DNA from: Myxococcota bacterium
GTDB lineage: Bacteria > Myxococcota_A > SURF-8
Direction: 5' to 3'
Length of the DNA: 64,000 nt
NCBI GenBank assembly: GCA_965140415.1
Contig: OZ223209.1
Location: forward strand, 4,928,001 to 4,992,000
How positions within the stretch are numbered: position 1 is the stretch's first letter; each line of letters opens with the position of its first letter. Positions 1-9,872 of this stretch are shown in pieces. The position numbers and the translations under genes were made by a program. The notes under the pieces are model-generated. The model saw nothing but the letters and a program-made list of their open reading frames with translations, ran no database searches and was not told where the DNA came from.

Positions 1-689
1 TCGGTGACGCAGTACATGGTGTTGAAATTCAGCAGGTAAGGATCACAGAACAGCGACACCTGATCGTCTTGATCCTGCATCGAAAGCACACAGTTGACAT
101 TATCGTTCTTCACGCGGACGCGACCGTCCGGTTCACAGGTGACCACATCGAAAAAGACAAACTGATCGGCGGTGAACACCTTTATATAGAGGTTACACCC
201 AGCCGTCGTTCCAGGCTGAATTTGAATGCGCTTCAATCCCATCGGGTTTTCCGTGGGTGTATCCAGATCCGGTTCGATACAGAAAGTCCCAGTGATTCCA
301 GGACAATAGCAATTCTGTGCTTGGTCGCCATCGCCGTCCACAGGCTGGTCGCCATCCGTCGTATCGCCATCGACATCCTTGTCGCCATCGACAATCTTAT
401 CTCCGTCGGCCTGATCGCCATCGGCATCTTTGTCACCATCGGGTGTCGTGGAATCGGTATCCTTGTCAGCAGGAGCCGGGAAGTCGCCATCGCTCAGTTC
501 TTTGCATACCCCATCCATAAAGAGGTAGCCGGGATCGCATACGCAAACACCATTTACGTAGGAGCCATGCTCCCCGCAATCCATGGTATCGCCATCGGTT
601 TGATCGCTGCCGGAGGAACACGCCGCCACCATAAACATCAACAAACCGATCAACGCAGCACGCCCGAATCGAGCGGTCGTTTCCATCAT
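1..689 (-). CDS. Lipoprotein with EGF-like Cys motif and DGD-repeat linker (3' end outside window)
   Basis: Not in the ORF track; translated by hand: MMETTARFGRAALIGLLMFMVAAC SSGSDQTDGDTMDCGEHGSYVNGVCVCDPGYLFMDGVC...PDGDKDADGDQADGDKIVDGDKDVDGDTTDGDQPVDGDGD. Lipobox VAAC, GGGGA RBS, frame open to the window edge. Confidence 0.85.
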   Translation of the reverse strand, partial: MMETTARFGRAALIGLLMFMVAACSSGSDQTDGDTMDCGEHGSYVNGVCVCDPGYLFMDGVCKELSDGDFPAPADKDTDSTTPDGDKDADGDQADGDKIVDGDKDVDGDTTDGDQPVDGDGDQAQNCYCPGITGTFCIEPDLDTPTENPMGLKRIQIQPGTTAGCNLYIKVFTADQFVFFDVVTCEPDGRVRVKNDNVNCVLSMQDQDDQVSLFCDPYLLNFNTMYCVT

Positions 690-770
690 TATCAGTCCCC
701 CCTGACCTTTATCGTTCCACGCAATCATTACCTACTCACCTGCTAGGGGCCTTACCCCGGCGTTAATGCA

Positions 771-787
771 TGCAAAAATCATACCTT
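771..787 (-). promoter_or_regulatory. Putative sigma-54 (-24/-12) promoter
   Basis: Minus strand AAGGTATGATTTTTGCA: GG-N10-GC with TTGCA, about 80 bp upstream of the ATG at 689. Confidence 0.55.
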
Positions 788-798
788 ACACCAACCCA

Positions 799-1263
799 TT
801 AGCGACCTCGCTTGAATGCGTCCTTTCGCTCGATCTTGTAACTTCCCATGCGCTCTTCTTGCAATGCTTTGATCTCGTTCAGCTTTTCATTCTTCAAGAT
901 CGTGACCTTAACCGCCACATGCAGCCCGTCATCACCAATCCGTTTTTCGATGGTTACGGGCTTGCCGGGTAGAACCAACTTGGCGGAATCAATGGAGATT
1001 GCCAATCCTTCATCCGATGAAAACTTGGTTTCATCGTTCAACCAGATCACCGCCGGCCATTCGACCAGATCCAGCAGCAATTTGTCCTGGTATTCGAATA
1101 CTTTTTTCACTTCCCCTGTAATTTGTTTCACATCCGGGTCGCTTTGACTCGCTGCGTTATCCGCCAGAGCCGGGATGGAAACCACCCAAAGCGCCACGAT
1201 GCAACAGAGGCTCACAAGCCCCAAAAGGCTGCGTCCGCGATTCCTATCAATCGGGTTATTCAT
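799..1263 (-). CDS. Hypothetical exported protein at the end of the minor pilin operon
   Basis: Signal peptide (…SIPALA|D), GGAGG RBS, starts 11 bp after the pilY1 stop. Confidence 0.7.
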   Translation of the reverse strand: MNNPIDRNRGRSLLGLVSLCCIVALWVVSIPALADNAASQSDPDVKQITGEVKKVFEYQDKLLLDLVEWPAVIWLNDETKFSSDEGLAISIDSAKLVLPGKPVTIEKRIGDDGLHVAVKVTILKNEKLNEIKALQEERMGSYKIERKDAFKRGR

Positions 1264-1274
1264 GCGTCGCCTCC

Positions 1275-4200
1275 TTATTTCTTGATCCGGTAGATTGCCG
1301 TCCGGGTCTGATCGATTTCCGGCAATCCGGCAATTTGAATGCGAACAACCGGTTTATCCGGACCGGTTTTGACATAAAGCACTTTCGAGTACGGATCGAC
1401 ATCCACGCGGGACAGGATCGAGCCGGTGAACTTCTGCCCGGCATAGGCTTCTGTATCTGAAATAGCATCGGCGCTGGTCACGAGTTGATCCCCGGAAACA
1501 TCCTGGATGGCGAAACTCGGGTTACCGCCATGCTCGGCGGACACCGTCATCAAATAGCCACCGCCGGAATCATCCACCGCACGGATATCGCAGGTACCCT
1601 GCATGTTGGGGGTGAAGGTCGTGAAGAACAGAACCCATTCCCGCTGCAACGCGTCACCGGAGCTGCGGAACATGTTTTCCTGCTCCCAAACCACCGGTGC
1701 AGTAATAATCTTCTCACCACGGTTTTCGTAGTTATCGAAAGTATCGGAGTTGAAGCTCGTGCGCCAACCATTCCAGCCGTCGGAAGGAAGATCCCCGGAA
1801 TTGACACGCGCGATGTAGCGAACTCTCACCGGATCCGTCGTTCCAGGGAACGTCTTCCAGTCGTCCACCACCTGATTGTGCAGTAATTCTAAGAACTTGA
1901 CACGCGCCGTATTTCCTGAACCCTTAGAAGGAGTGAGTTCATTGTCCACAATGCCGTACATATCCTGATAATCCCGAATACAACCGGCACCGTATGGCAG
2001 CTTCATGCACTCTTCGTCATCGGGATTGCGTTTGAATTCATCGAAACTGTCGTAAAATGCATCGTATTTTCCAGTACCGAAGAAGACCATCAGCTTATCG
2101 ACATTGGCTTCTTTGCCCAAAAACTTGTCTTTACCTTCGGGATTTCCCGGATCGGTGGTGCGCCAGACAACGGGCCGCACGGAAATGGGACGCGGATACT
2201 TGTAGAAGGTGTAGGTCTGGGTGTTGTCACCGGGAGCAACCAGGGTGTTTAAACGAGTGTTTTCAACCGTCATTTCGAAATCCGACAGATCCAGTTCGCT
2301 ACTACCACCTGCATCTTCTCGCATGGTGTTGAACAGCACATAACCAGTCACATTCGAGCGCGAGGAAACCGGAGCATCGATGTTGAAGCGCAGCAAATGG
2401 CCAGCCAGATCGCCGATGTACACCACATCCTGCAATCCGTCGTCATCGTAATCTCCAACTGTTGGCGAACTGAGCACATTGCCTTTAACACCAAGAGTCG
2501 CCTCGTCGCTGGACAGGCCGATCATCTGATCGTCTGTATTATCGACGTGGATGCGCGCAAGTTTCTTGGCTTTTTTCGTTCCCGATTCGACATCGAACAT
2601 GTCGATGGCGTAGAAGTAGCCTTCCTTCAGCAACTGTGCAGCGCTGTTTTCAGCATAGCCGGAACCGAAAAACACCAGCCATCTCAGAGGGATGGGATCT
2701 CCTTCATCGATTGTAGCCGTGGTCGCCTTGAACGGTCCGGAAGTCGGAATCGAATAGGTCAATCCCAGTTCACTGTCGGTGTAATACCACATCATCTCGA
2801 CGCGGTCAGAACCGGTGCCGGAGCCGGCAGGAGCCAAGTGCCCCTTCGGCGCAGTAATGTCGAACGCCCAGTAATGATCGCCACCGCCACGGCTACCCAC
2901 CATCAATACCGTGCGCCAATCTTGGGCGGAATAATCGTAAGCATCATGCACCACGGGGCGCAGATCCATCATCGGGGTACGAAGTTGCTCGTAAATCGGG
3001 TGAGCCAGATCTTTCAGCTTGGGTAGGACATCCCAGGGAGTAAAGGCCCAGATTTCATCGCCGCTTTCCACTTCGAAGGCATGCAGCGCGCCATCATTGG
3101 CCGCCACTAACAGAATCGGTACACGGAATCTGTAATCGTCCGAATCGAAATACGTACTATAATAATCCTCTTCCGCGCCAAAATCCTTCCAGCTATTGCT
3201 CGGATGCGCACCGATGTACACCGGGTCGGCGTGGGCGATATCACCCATCAGCCAGCGATCGGAAAGATCTGAATCGTAACGCTCGCGCAACAACTCGATT
3301 TCCGTCGGCGGGTCCGTACCCAAAGCATCCGGGTTTAACGGTCGGTGCAGGTCGTAGTCGTGCGATTCGTTATTATCGATCACCTTCTGTGCAACCGCCG
3401 CCACACCGGTGTCGTAGGTCAGTGAACCCAACGCCCAGGAGATGATATCCTGTGCGCGCTCGGCAGTATCGACTCCCATTTGAATGCGCACCTCTTCGGA
3501 CACACCGGAAGAGAGAGCACTGAACCAAAGCCGGGTACCGCTGGGGGTATAGGTAAACAGCTTGCGGCTTCCCCAATTCGCCAGCTTTTCGGTTTCCCAT
3601 TTCGGACCATCCACACAGAAGCCGAATACACAAGCTTCTCCACCACCACAACCGCTTGAGCAATGACCGGTCGCGCAGTATTTGGGACAGTTCGGTTTGT
3701 CTTCGCATTCCGCCGAATCCAGGCATTCATAACCGGCTTCGGTACAATCGGCGTCGTCTTTGCAACTCACCGGAATTTCATAGGCATAGACATGGCCGCG
3801 CCAATAACGTGGATCGAAATTGACATCGAACAGCGTCGGCTCACTCATCTCCTTGTCGCCGTTATCTTTTTCGTATTCGGTGTCATCCGATGAAACTTTG
3901 AACAGCGAACGGGTCGAGCCGTAGGTGCTTTGCAAGATCGGATCGTTGAAGGTCCAGCGCAGCGTAACGTATTGTGGTGTTGAACTGAGTTCCAGGTCGG
4001 TCCACTGTTGCGCGACGGCGTTATCATCCAGCAAGGTCAACGGAACCACCGGATAACCGGCGGCATTCTGCGCCAAAGGATTGTGCCAGTCGTATTCCGG
4101 CAACTCGTCGGTACGAATGCGCTCGAACACACTACCCCACCAACCGGCATACTGCTTGGCGGAAGGATGCAGGGCCAGTGTTCCCTGGAAGAAAGCCGAT

Positions 4201-5042
4201 CCGCCTGTACCACCCGCGATTTTGGATACATCGCAGAGATAGCAATAACCGAAGTCGTTGCCACTGGTGTAGGTGTCCGCACCGTGATAGAAACTCACGT
4301 TTTCATAGGCACGTCCCTGCGCGACGAGCTTCCAGGTGATATCGAAATAGGGTTCGTTATCCGGCTTGTAGATGTACTGCGTGACATCGAGAATACCTTT
4401 GTAGCTCGGATTGACGACGTCCAGTTCGCGAATGTAGCGCGACTGCACCTTTTCGCCGGGAACTTCACTGACCGAGTAATACTCCAGAATGTCGCCGGTA
4501 TACTGCGGGAAAATAACGCCGACCTGATTCTTGGCGATTTCAACCGCCGCCATCGAAGTGGTACCGTCCGCATTTTCATACCATTCCAGCGGTTGTGTTA
4601 AAATCGGACCGGCATACATGGTGGACCACTGACAGTTTTCCTCGCCACCCGTGCATAGATCGTCCAATCTCAAACCGATCACGGTGTTGGTCAAACCGGG
4701 GAAGGACACACCGGAACGATCCACTACCGTGTACGTCTGTACTTCGCGCACACAACTGTTGAATTGTCCGTGGTCGAAAACCGGCTGAACGGAACCGGCC
4801 ATGTGGATCAGCTTATCGTCGGTCAAAAAGCGACTGCCGCCCACTTCACCGCTGTTTCCACCTTCGGGATAAGCGCCGGTGCAGACGCCATCACGTCCGT
4901 CTAGGCCGTCCATGATGTAGTAAAAATCCCCGTTCAACCGGGAGTCCGTCTGCGCCCATCCCAATACAGGGAGCAAAAGTGCAGCCAGAACCAGAGAAAA
5001 ACCGCCTATGTATCGTTTTGCTTTCATGCCAGGCTCCATCAA
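1275..5042 (-). CDS. pilY1: Type IV pilus tip adhesin PilY1/PilC
   Basis: Signal peptide; beta-propeller motifs LMGDIAHADP, AANDGALHAF, GDEIWAFTP, LGLTYSIP, FFGSGY, Ca-binding DYDDDGLQD, VYIGDLAG, FFGTGK, LFFTTFTP; follows pilX. Confidence 0.9.
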   Translation of the reverse strand: MMEPGMKAKRYIGGFSLVLAALLLPVLGWAQTDSRLNGDFYYIMDGLDGRDGVCTGAYPEGGNSGEVGGSRFLTDDKLIHMAGSVQPVFDHGQFNSCVREVQTYTVVDRSGVSFPGLTNTVIGLRLDDLCTGGEENCQWSTMYAGPILTQPLEWYENADGTTSMAAVEIAKNQVGVIFPQYTGDILEYYSVSEVPGEKVQSRYIRELDVVNPSYKGILDVTQYIYKPDNEPYFDITWKLVAQGRAYENVSFYHGADTYTSGNDFGYCYLCDVSKIAGGTGGSAFFQGTLALHPSAKQYAGWWGSVFERIRTDELPEYDWHNPLAQNAAGYPVVPLTLLDDNAVAQQWTDLELSSTPQYVTLRWTFNDPILQSTYGSTRSLFKVSSDDTEYEKDNGDKEMSEPTLFDVNFDPRYWRGHVYAYEIPVSCKDDADCTEAGYECLDSAECEDKPNCPKYCATGHCSSGCGGGEACVFGFCVDGPKWETEKLANWGSRKLFTYTPSGTRLWFSALSSGVSEEVRIQMGVDTAERAQDIISWALGSLTYDTGVAAVAQKVIDNNESHDYDLHRPLNPDALGTDPPTEIELLRERYDSDLSDRWLMGDIAHADPVYIGAHPSNSWKDFGAEEDYYSTYFDSDDYRFRVPILLVAANDGALHAFEVESGDEIWAFTPWDVLPKLKDLAHPIYEQLRTPMMDLRPVVHDAYDYSAQDWRTVLMVGSRGGGDHYWAFDITAPKGHLAPAGSGTGSDRVEMMWYYTDSELGLTYSIPTSGPFKATTATIDEGDPIPLRWLVFFGSGYAENSAAQLLKEGYFYAIDMFDVESGTKKAKKLARIHVDNTDDQMIGLSSDEATLGVKGNVLSSPTVGDYDDDGLQDVVYIGDLAGHLLRFNIDAPVSSRSNVTGYVLFNTMREDAGGSSELDLSDFEMTVENTRLNTLVAPGDNTQTYTFYKYPRPISVRPVVWRTTDPGNPEGKDKFLGKEANVDKLMVFFGTGKYDAFYDSFDEFKRNPDDEECMKLPYGAGCIRDYQDMYGIVDNELTPSKGSGNTARVKFLELLHNQVVDDWKTFPGTTDPVRVRYIARVNSGDLPSDGWNGWRTSFNSDTFDNYENRGEKIITAPVVWEQENMFRSSGDALQREWVLFFTTFTPNMQGTCDIRAVDDSGGGYLMTVSAEHGGNPSFAIQDVSGDQLVTSADAISDTEAYAGQKFTGSILSRVDVDPYSKVLYVKTGPDKPVVRIQIAGLPEIDQTRTAIYRIKK

Positions 5043-5560
5043 ATCGAGCGACGCGTTTGCGTCTCGATCGTTTGAATGTGCCGAATATCGACCTGCGTAC
5101 CCGCAGTAGTATCCTCGCGAATCACTCTTGAATCGACCTTGTAAAAGTATGTCTTAAGCGCCGTGCCGCCTTCCTGCGCGCTAACACGCCCCTCACGGTC
5201 ACCCTTGATCTCCTTGGCGATCAACTTGATGCAATACTGCACGCGCTTTGAAGTCTCATCGGGGTACCAGTGGGTCGAGCCGGGATTCGCCGCATCGCAG
5301 GAGTAGCCCTCCATATCCGGGTCGGTAGAGGTGACGATCGCCCTGCGGGCAACTTGAATCCCCGCCTCGGCCCAGGCCATCGAAACGACCGAGCTTTCAA
5401 AACCCTGGGCGATTTTCATTTCCTGCACGGCCATGTTCACCGCCACCACGCCGATCATCGACATGGCGATCAGCAAAACCAGCGAAGCCAGTAACGTCAG
5501 CCCTTTGCGGCCTCGCAATACCTGGCCCATGCTTACAGCGCCTGTTTCCGGTTTTGTCAT
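5039..5560 (-). CDS. pilX: Minor pilin PilX-like (start uncertain: 5560 or 5530)
   Basis: Prepilin site RKG|LTLLASLVLL lacks Glu5, as is typical for PilX; AWAEAGIQVA motif; lies between pilW and pilY1. Confidence 0.8.
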   Translation of the reverse strand: MTKPETGAVSMGQVLRGRKGLTLLASLVLLIAMSMIGVVAVNMAVQEMKIAQGFESSVVSMAWAEAGIQVARRAIVTSTDPDMEGYSCDAANPGSTHWYPDETSKRVQYCIKLIAKEIKGDREGRVSAQEGGTALKTYFYKVDSRVIREDTTAGTQVDIRHIQTIETQTRRSI

Positions 5561-5576
5561 TCGTTTGCTCCCGCTT

Positions 5577-6647
5577 CTATGAGCCGCTTGGCGGCATGTA
5601 AGACGCCATGTTCGGAACATGGACGATTTTCTGCATTTTCACGTAATTGTGACGACAGTTCTCATTCGTCAACTGGATCGCGCGATCTCCCAACACATAC
5701 TTGGTTTTAACGTTGCCACGCGCGCAATCGTTGGCGGTGATCATCGGGTTGATGTACTTGGAACGCACCAGAACTTCGATCTTGACCGCACGAATCTTTT
5801 CTCGATCCGCAAGTTGCAGCGGCAGCCCGGTAGTCATGGTTGGCAGGAAGTCATCCTGATCGTCTAGCAGATAGGAAATCTGCATGTCCTCCACGCCTTC
5901 GCTCAGGACATACGTGCTGTTCTGCGAAACCAGACCCGGCGCCACGTTGAGATACTGGGTGTCACAGGGATCTTCCATGTTGTCGCGTACACAGCGTAAA
6001 AGCTGCTTGGCTTCGTTCACGGCAAAACTGTAAAAAACCGCCTTACGCACAACTACGGCTCCGGCCGGAACTGACCCTCCTTTGACCGCGATATATTCGT
6101 TAATAGGAAGCTGAGTGGGATCGTCACCCAATGCATCCACCTTCCCGCTCCCAAGGCGCTGGCGTCTCGCATCGAGCACTTCCACCGCCATGCCGGTACG
6201 AAGCGTATCATGCCCTTGCTCACCATCTACCGTCAATTGGCATACGTCACCAGAATTACAGGTAGTTTGGGTTGCTACAATCGCCATGCCGCCGGGGCTC
6301 ATTTTGAACTGGATAACATCCGGGCTGTTGTTGTTGTTGACGATTTTGTTGGTGAAGGTCATTTCCTGTTCAGGATGATCCCCACCAGTAACGTCTTCAT
6401 GCGCCTGCGTACCGAATCCCGCCATGATCAGATCGTTGGACATGACGTCCAGCACGGCGCGCCCGATCTGCTGCACCATGGAAACCTGGTTGGTAGACTG
6501 ATGCACGCGGTTACTGTTGATGAACAGCGCGAAACCCGCTCCCATCACGATACTGGACAGCACCATCGTGACCAGCAACTCCACCAGCGTCAGACCGCGT
6601 CGATCGCCTGGCCGCCCTTCGCTCATATGTTTACCCGTAATGATCAT
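5577..6647 (-). CDS. pilW: Minor pilin PilW-like
   Basis: RRG|LTLVELLVTM; DLIMAGFG; GVEDMQISY and IRAVKIEVLVRS motifs; start moved to the ATG at 6647, which has an RBS. Confidence 0.85.
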   Translation of the reverse strand: MIITGKHMSEGRPGDRRGLTLVELLVTMVLSSIVMGAGFALFINSNRVHQSTNQVSMVQQIGRAVLDVMSNDLIMAGFGTQAHEDVTGGDHPEQEMTFTNKIVNNNNSPDVIQFKMSPGGMAIVATQTTCNSGDVCQLTVDGEQGHDTLRTGMAVEVLDARRQRLGSGKVDALGDDPTQLPINEYIAVKGGSVPAGAVVVRKAVFYSFAVNEAKQLLRCVRDNMEDPCDTQYLNVAPGLVSQNSTYVLSEGVEDMQISYLLDDQDDFLPTMTTGLPLQLADREKIRAVKIEVLVRSKYINPMITANDCARGNVKTKYVLGDRAIQLTNENCRHNYVKMQKIVHVPNMASYMPPSGS

Positions 6648-6664
6648 CCTCTTGCTCCCCCGCA

Positions 6665-7210
6665 TTAGATGATTTGTGCCGTGATCGGCACGGAATCGAT
6701 CGTGATGGTTTCCTGACGGTCTTTCAAATCCGAGCGGTCGACCCAACGCACTCGAATCGAAATCGTTTTCCACGCACCAGGCTTTGTCTGATCGCCCTGG
6801 TCTTCGATCTGCCAGGAAAGCCAATATCTGAAATCGTTATTAAGAATTTCCGCATCCGGGTAGAGCAACTGAAACTGCGTTTTGTTCAACCCTGAACTGT
6901 TGACCGCTTTTTCTGCCGTCCAACCGCTGCCGTCTCCCGCAACCTCCACACTCGGATCCGGGTTATTGATGGTTTCCTTCAAGCCGATATCTACAGTAAC
7001 CTGTCCGGTGTTGGGATTTTGTGTGTAATCCATGCCGTAAAACTGCTCCAGTCGCGAGGCCAGGATCGAAGCCGCCATGCCGCGATCTTCACCACCGACG
7101 TTTCCGCGCATACCCAATACTTGCAACGAAGCCAGCGCCATCAGCCCGATTCCCAACAGGGCTACGCTCATCATGACTTCGATTACCGTGTATCCTCGTT
7201 TCTGCGTCAT
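6665..7210 (-). CDS. pilV: Minor pilin PilV-like
   Basis: KRG|YTVIEVMMSVALLGIGLMALASLQ; KTISIRVRW C-terminal strand. Confidence 0.85.
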   Translation of the reverse strand: MTQKRGYTVIEVMMSVALLGIGLMALASLQVLGMRGNVGGEDRGMAASILASRLEQFYGMDYTQNPNTGQVTVDIGLKETINNPDPSVEVAGDGSGWTAEKAVNSSGLNKTQFQLLYPDAEILNNDFRYWLSWQIEDQGDQTKPGAWKTISIRVRWVDRSDLKDRQETITIDSVPITAQII

Positions 7211-7238
7211 TTATTCGCTCCCTTGTAGAGAATCGCCT

Positions 7239-7772
7239 TTAGTTGGAGACTTCCGCACCCATCAACAACTCCGGCAAACCGATGAAGCGCAGGCTGACTA
7301 TGGCCTTGGGGCCGCCGTCCTTGCAACTTTCGGCGCCATCTTCAGACTGACAGACTGTTACCGACACCGCAGTGGGTGTTCCATCCGTCTGCACGAAATT
7401 TCCCTTATAGTCGAACATGCCGCCCTGATAGTTAGTCGGCAACAGAACCACTTTATTTCGATTAACGGCCACTTCTTCGATCAGCGCATCCTGACCGTCG
7501 TCATAGGTGCCACTGTTATTGCTATCCAGGAAGGTCTGGATCACGGTACCATCGGTGGTGCGCACAAAGATAACCCGGCCACCTTCGATTGCCTGTTGGC
7601 GAGCCGCCTGCAAAATCGATGTAATCTCCCGAGCAGGAGTATTGACATACGTTCGCATCGGCTTGGAACCCATGGTCGCCAAAGCGAATGCCGCCGTCAC
7701 GCCAACGATGGCCATGACGATCAACAACTCCACGAGAGTGAATCCGGTTTGCTTGTTGAACTGTTGGAACAT
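7239..7772 (-). CDS. fimT: Minor pilin FimT/FimU (GspH family)
   Basis: QTG|FTLVELLIVMAIVG; LQAARQQAI; FLDSNNSGTYD; GAAGGAG RBS before the ATG at 7772. Confidence 0.85.
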   Translation of the reverse strand: MFQQFNKQTGFTLVELLIVMAIVGVTAAFALATMGSKPMRTYVNTPAREITSILQAARQQAIEGGRVIFVRTTDGTVIQTFLDSNNSGTYDDGQDALIEEVAVNRNKVVLLPTNYQGGMFDYKGNFVQTDGTPTAVSVTVCQSEDGAESCKDGGPKAIVSLRFIGLPELLMGAEVSN

Positions 7773-7828
7773 CGGCAAGCTCCTTCGTCGCGTCTGAAAC
7801 GCATACAATTAGCCCATTCCACTATACA

Positions 7829-7845
7829 AGCAATTAATATACCAA
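7829..7845 (-). promoter_or_regulatory. Putative sigma-54 promoter of the fimT-pilVWX-pilY1 operon
   Basis: Minus strand TTGGTATATTAATTGCT, close to TGGCAC-N5-TTGCW, 56 bp upstream of fimT. Confidence 0.65.
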
Positions 7846-7960
7846 AGAAATGGAGAATTGTGAAGGGCTTTCGTTCGCTCGGAAGGAATTAATTTTTGCA
7901 GTTGTTTTGAAGACTTAAGCGGAAACAACAGGAAATTCGGTTCGTAACCTATATATGGAG

Positions 7961-7999
7961 AAAAAAGAGCGGCCACAAACCTCTGCCTGTGACCGCCTC
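7961..7999 (-). terminator. Putative intrinsic terminator after the pilE-like gene
   Basis: Minus strand GCGGTCACAG…TTGTGGCCGC followed by TCTTTTTT. Confidence 0.55.
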
Positions 8000-8055
8000 A
8001 ACTACGCATCTTTTTCATAGTTCCTGCAATTTTTGGATAGTCGACACCCGTTTAC

Positions 8056-8487
8056 CTACTCGTTCAGATCGTTTTTATCCCAGGTGAATTTTCCCTTTGA
8101 ATCCATGTACATAATGTCTTCGGTGTCGTCGTCGTCGATATTGCAGTCCGGGGGCGCACACTCGGCTTTAATTTTGTACCAGGTCGTAGTGGACTCGACC
8201 ACTTCCATGTCGTAACGAGCACGGGAATCCATACTCTCCCAGGTGCTGGGCTCATAGCCCGGAAGCGCGTCGAAATCCCCGCCTACCGGGAGATAACCCC
8301 CGTTTCTTGCTCGATAATTTTCCATGGCGATCCGAATTCCCTCTAATGCGACCTTCGCCGCCGCCTGCCGCCCACGCGCCAGTCGAGAGGTGTACATCGG
8401 GTAACCAATAGTGGTGAGAATCGCGATTATTACGACTGCGATCATCACTTCAATCAGCGTGAAACCTTTTTTTCGGGTCTGCATCAT
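8056..8487 (-). CDS. pilE: Type IV pilin, PilE/ComP-like
   Basis: KKG|FTLIEVMIAVVIIAILTTIGYPMY; AAAKVAL…MENYRARNGGY. Confidence 0.8.
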   Translation of the reverse strand: MMQTRKKGFTLIEVMIAVVIIAILTTIGYPMYTSRLARGRQAAAKVALEGIRIAMENYRARNGGYLPVGGDFDALPGYEPSTWESMDSRARYDMEVVESTTTWYKIKAECAPPDCNIDDDDTEDIMYMDSKGKFTWDKNDLNE

Positions 8488-8552
8488 CGACCTCAAATCC
8501 GGTTAGGGTTTCGCTGCAAAACAGCCATTTTCTCTACCATTGCAGGATTACC

Positions 8553-8569
8553 TGCAAAAATCATTCCTA
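8553..8569 (-). promoter_or_regulatory. Putative sigma-54 promoter of the pilE-like gene
   Basis: Minus strand TAGGAATGATTTTTGCA (GG-N10-GC), nearly identical to the site at 771-787. Confidence 0.55.
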
Positions 8570-8612
8570 CAGCATACACTCATAGCTGGCAGCGGTAATT
8601 TTATTTGCAGTC

Positions 8613-9830
8613 CTAGTGACCGCCGCCGCCACCGGCCATGGTAAAGATCGGCATATACATAGCGATCATGATAAAACCGATGAGACCACCGAGTACGGAC
8701 ATCATCAAAGGTTCGATCATACTTGTCAGTGCATCGACAGCTGTATCGACTTCTTCATCGTAGAAATCGGCGATCTTGCCCAACATGGCATCCAATGCAC
8801 CGGTGGATTCACCGACGGCGATCATCTGCACGACCATCGGCGGGAAAACGCCTGTGGCCATCAACGGCTCGGCCATCGACTTACCCTCGGTGATCTTGGC
8901 TTTAACGTCTCGAATTCCCTTCTCAATCACCATGTTACCCGCCGTTTTTTCAACGACATCCAAGGCTTGTAGAATTGGAATACCAGAGGACACCATCGTT
9001 CCCAGGGTTCGGGAAAAACGTGCCACTGCCGTTTTCTGAATCAAACTTCCAATGACGGGCATTTTCAAGAAAATCATATCCATCACGAAACGTGTTTTCT
9101 GGACTTTCATAATCGTTTTCCAAACGACCACGATCGCTATAATGCCGAGAACAATGAAGTGAATATAATTAACGAACCACTCCGATATGTCCATAACCAA
9201 CTGGGTTGGTCCGGGTAGATTGCCGCCGGACAAATCTTTAAACATGGCAGCAAACGTTGGAATAACAAACACCATCATGATCAAAATAACGATAATCGTT
9301 ACGAATAAAACCACAACAGGATAGGTCAACGCACTCTTGATGCGCTTTTTCAAGTGCTCAGCCTTCTCGATGTAGCCTGCCAGACGTTCAAGAATGGTAT
9401 CCAGAATACCACCCAGCTCACCGGCGGAAACCAGAGAGACATACAACTCATCGAAAATATTGGGATGTCGCTCCAAAGCCGAGGCGAACGTGGAGCCGCT
9501 CTCAACGTCAGACTTGACCTGGTAAAGTACCTTCTGCATGACCTTATCGTCGTTCTGAGCAGCAAGAATATCCAAACCCTGCACCAACGGCAGACCGGCG
9601 TCGATCATGGTCGCAAACTGCCGGGTAAAAACGACCAGAGATTTGGGCTTCATCTTCGGTTCCATGCCCGGAATCTTGATCTCGACAGCACCCATGGATT
9701 TCTTCACGGACGAAGGCATGATCTGCTGCTGTTTCAGTCGCAGAATCACCGCATTTTCGTCAGGTGCTTCCATCGTCCCCTTTTTGATTTCACCCGTTCT
9801 CGTCTTGCCTTCCCACTTGAAGAATGGCAT
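8613..9830 (-). CDS. pilC: Type IV pilus platform protein PilC (GspF family)
   Basis: FTRQFATMIDAGLPLVQ, GELGGILD, IKSALTYP, VGESTGALDAML. Confidence 0.95.
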   Translation of the reverse strand: MPFFKWEGKTRTGEIKKGTMEAPDENAVILRLKQQQIMPSSVKKSMGAVEIKIPGMEPKMKPKSLVVFTRQFATMIDAGLPLVQGLDILAAQNDDKVMQKVLYQVKSDVESGSTFASALERHPNIFDELYVSLVSAGELGGILDTILERLAGYIEKAEHLKKRIKSALTYPVVVLFVTIIVILIMMVFVIPTFAAMFKDLSGGNLPGPTQLVMDISEWFVNYIHFIVLGIIAIVVVWKTIMKVQKTRFVMDMIFLKMPVIGSLIQKTAVARFSRTLGTMVSSGIPILQALDVVEKTAGNMVIEKGIRDVKAKITEGKSMAEPLMATGVFPPMVVQMIAVGESTGALDAMLGKIADFYDEEVDTAVDALTSMIEPLMMSVLGGLIGFIMIAMYMPIFTMAGGGGGH

Positions 9831-9872
9831 CCTCGCCTCCTGGTCTACGTTTGGCTACCGGTCGAATATCTC

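Noticed and set aside
69-746. 225-aa plus-strand ORF rich in I/A/V (and 233..490 on the minus strand)
   Set aside because: Shadow frames of the minus-strand DGD-repeat lipoprotein: GAY-GGC-GAY reads as VAI/IAI on the other strand.
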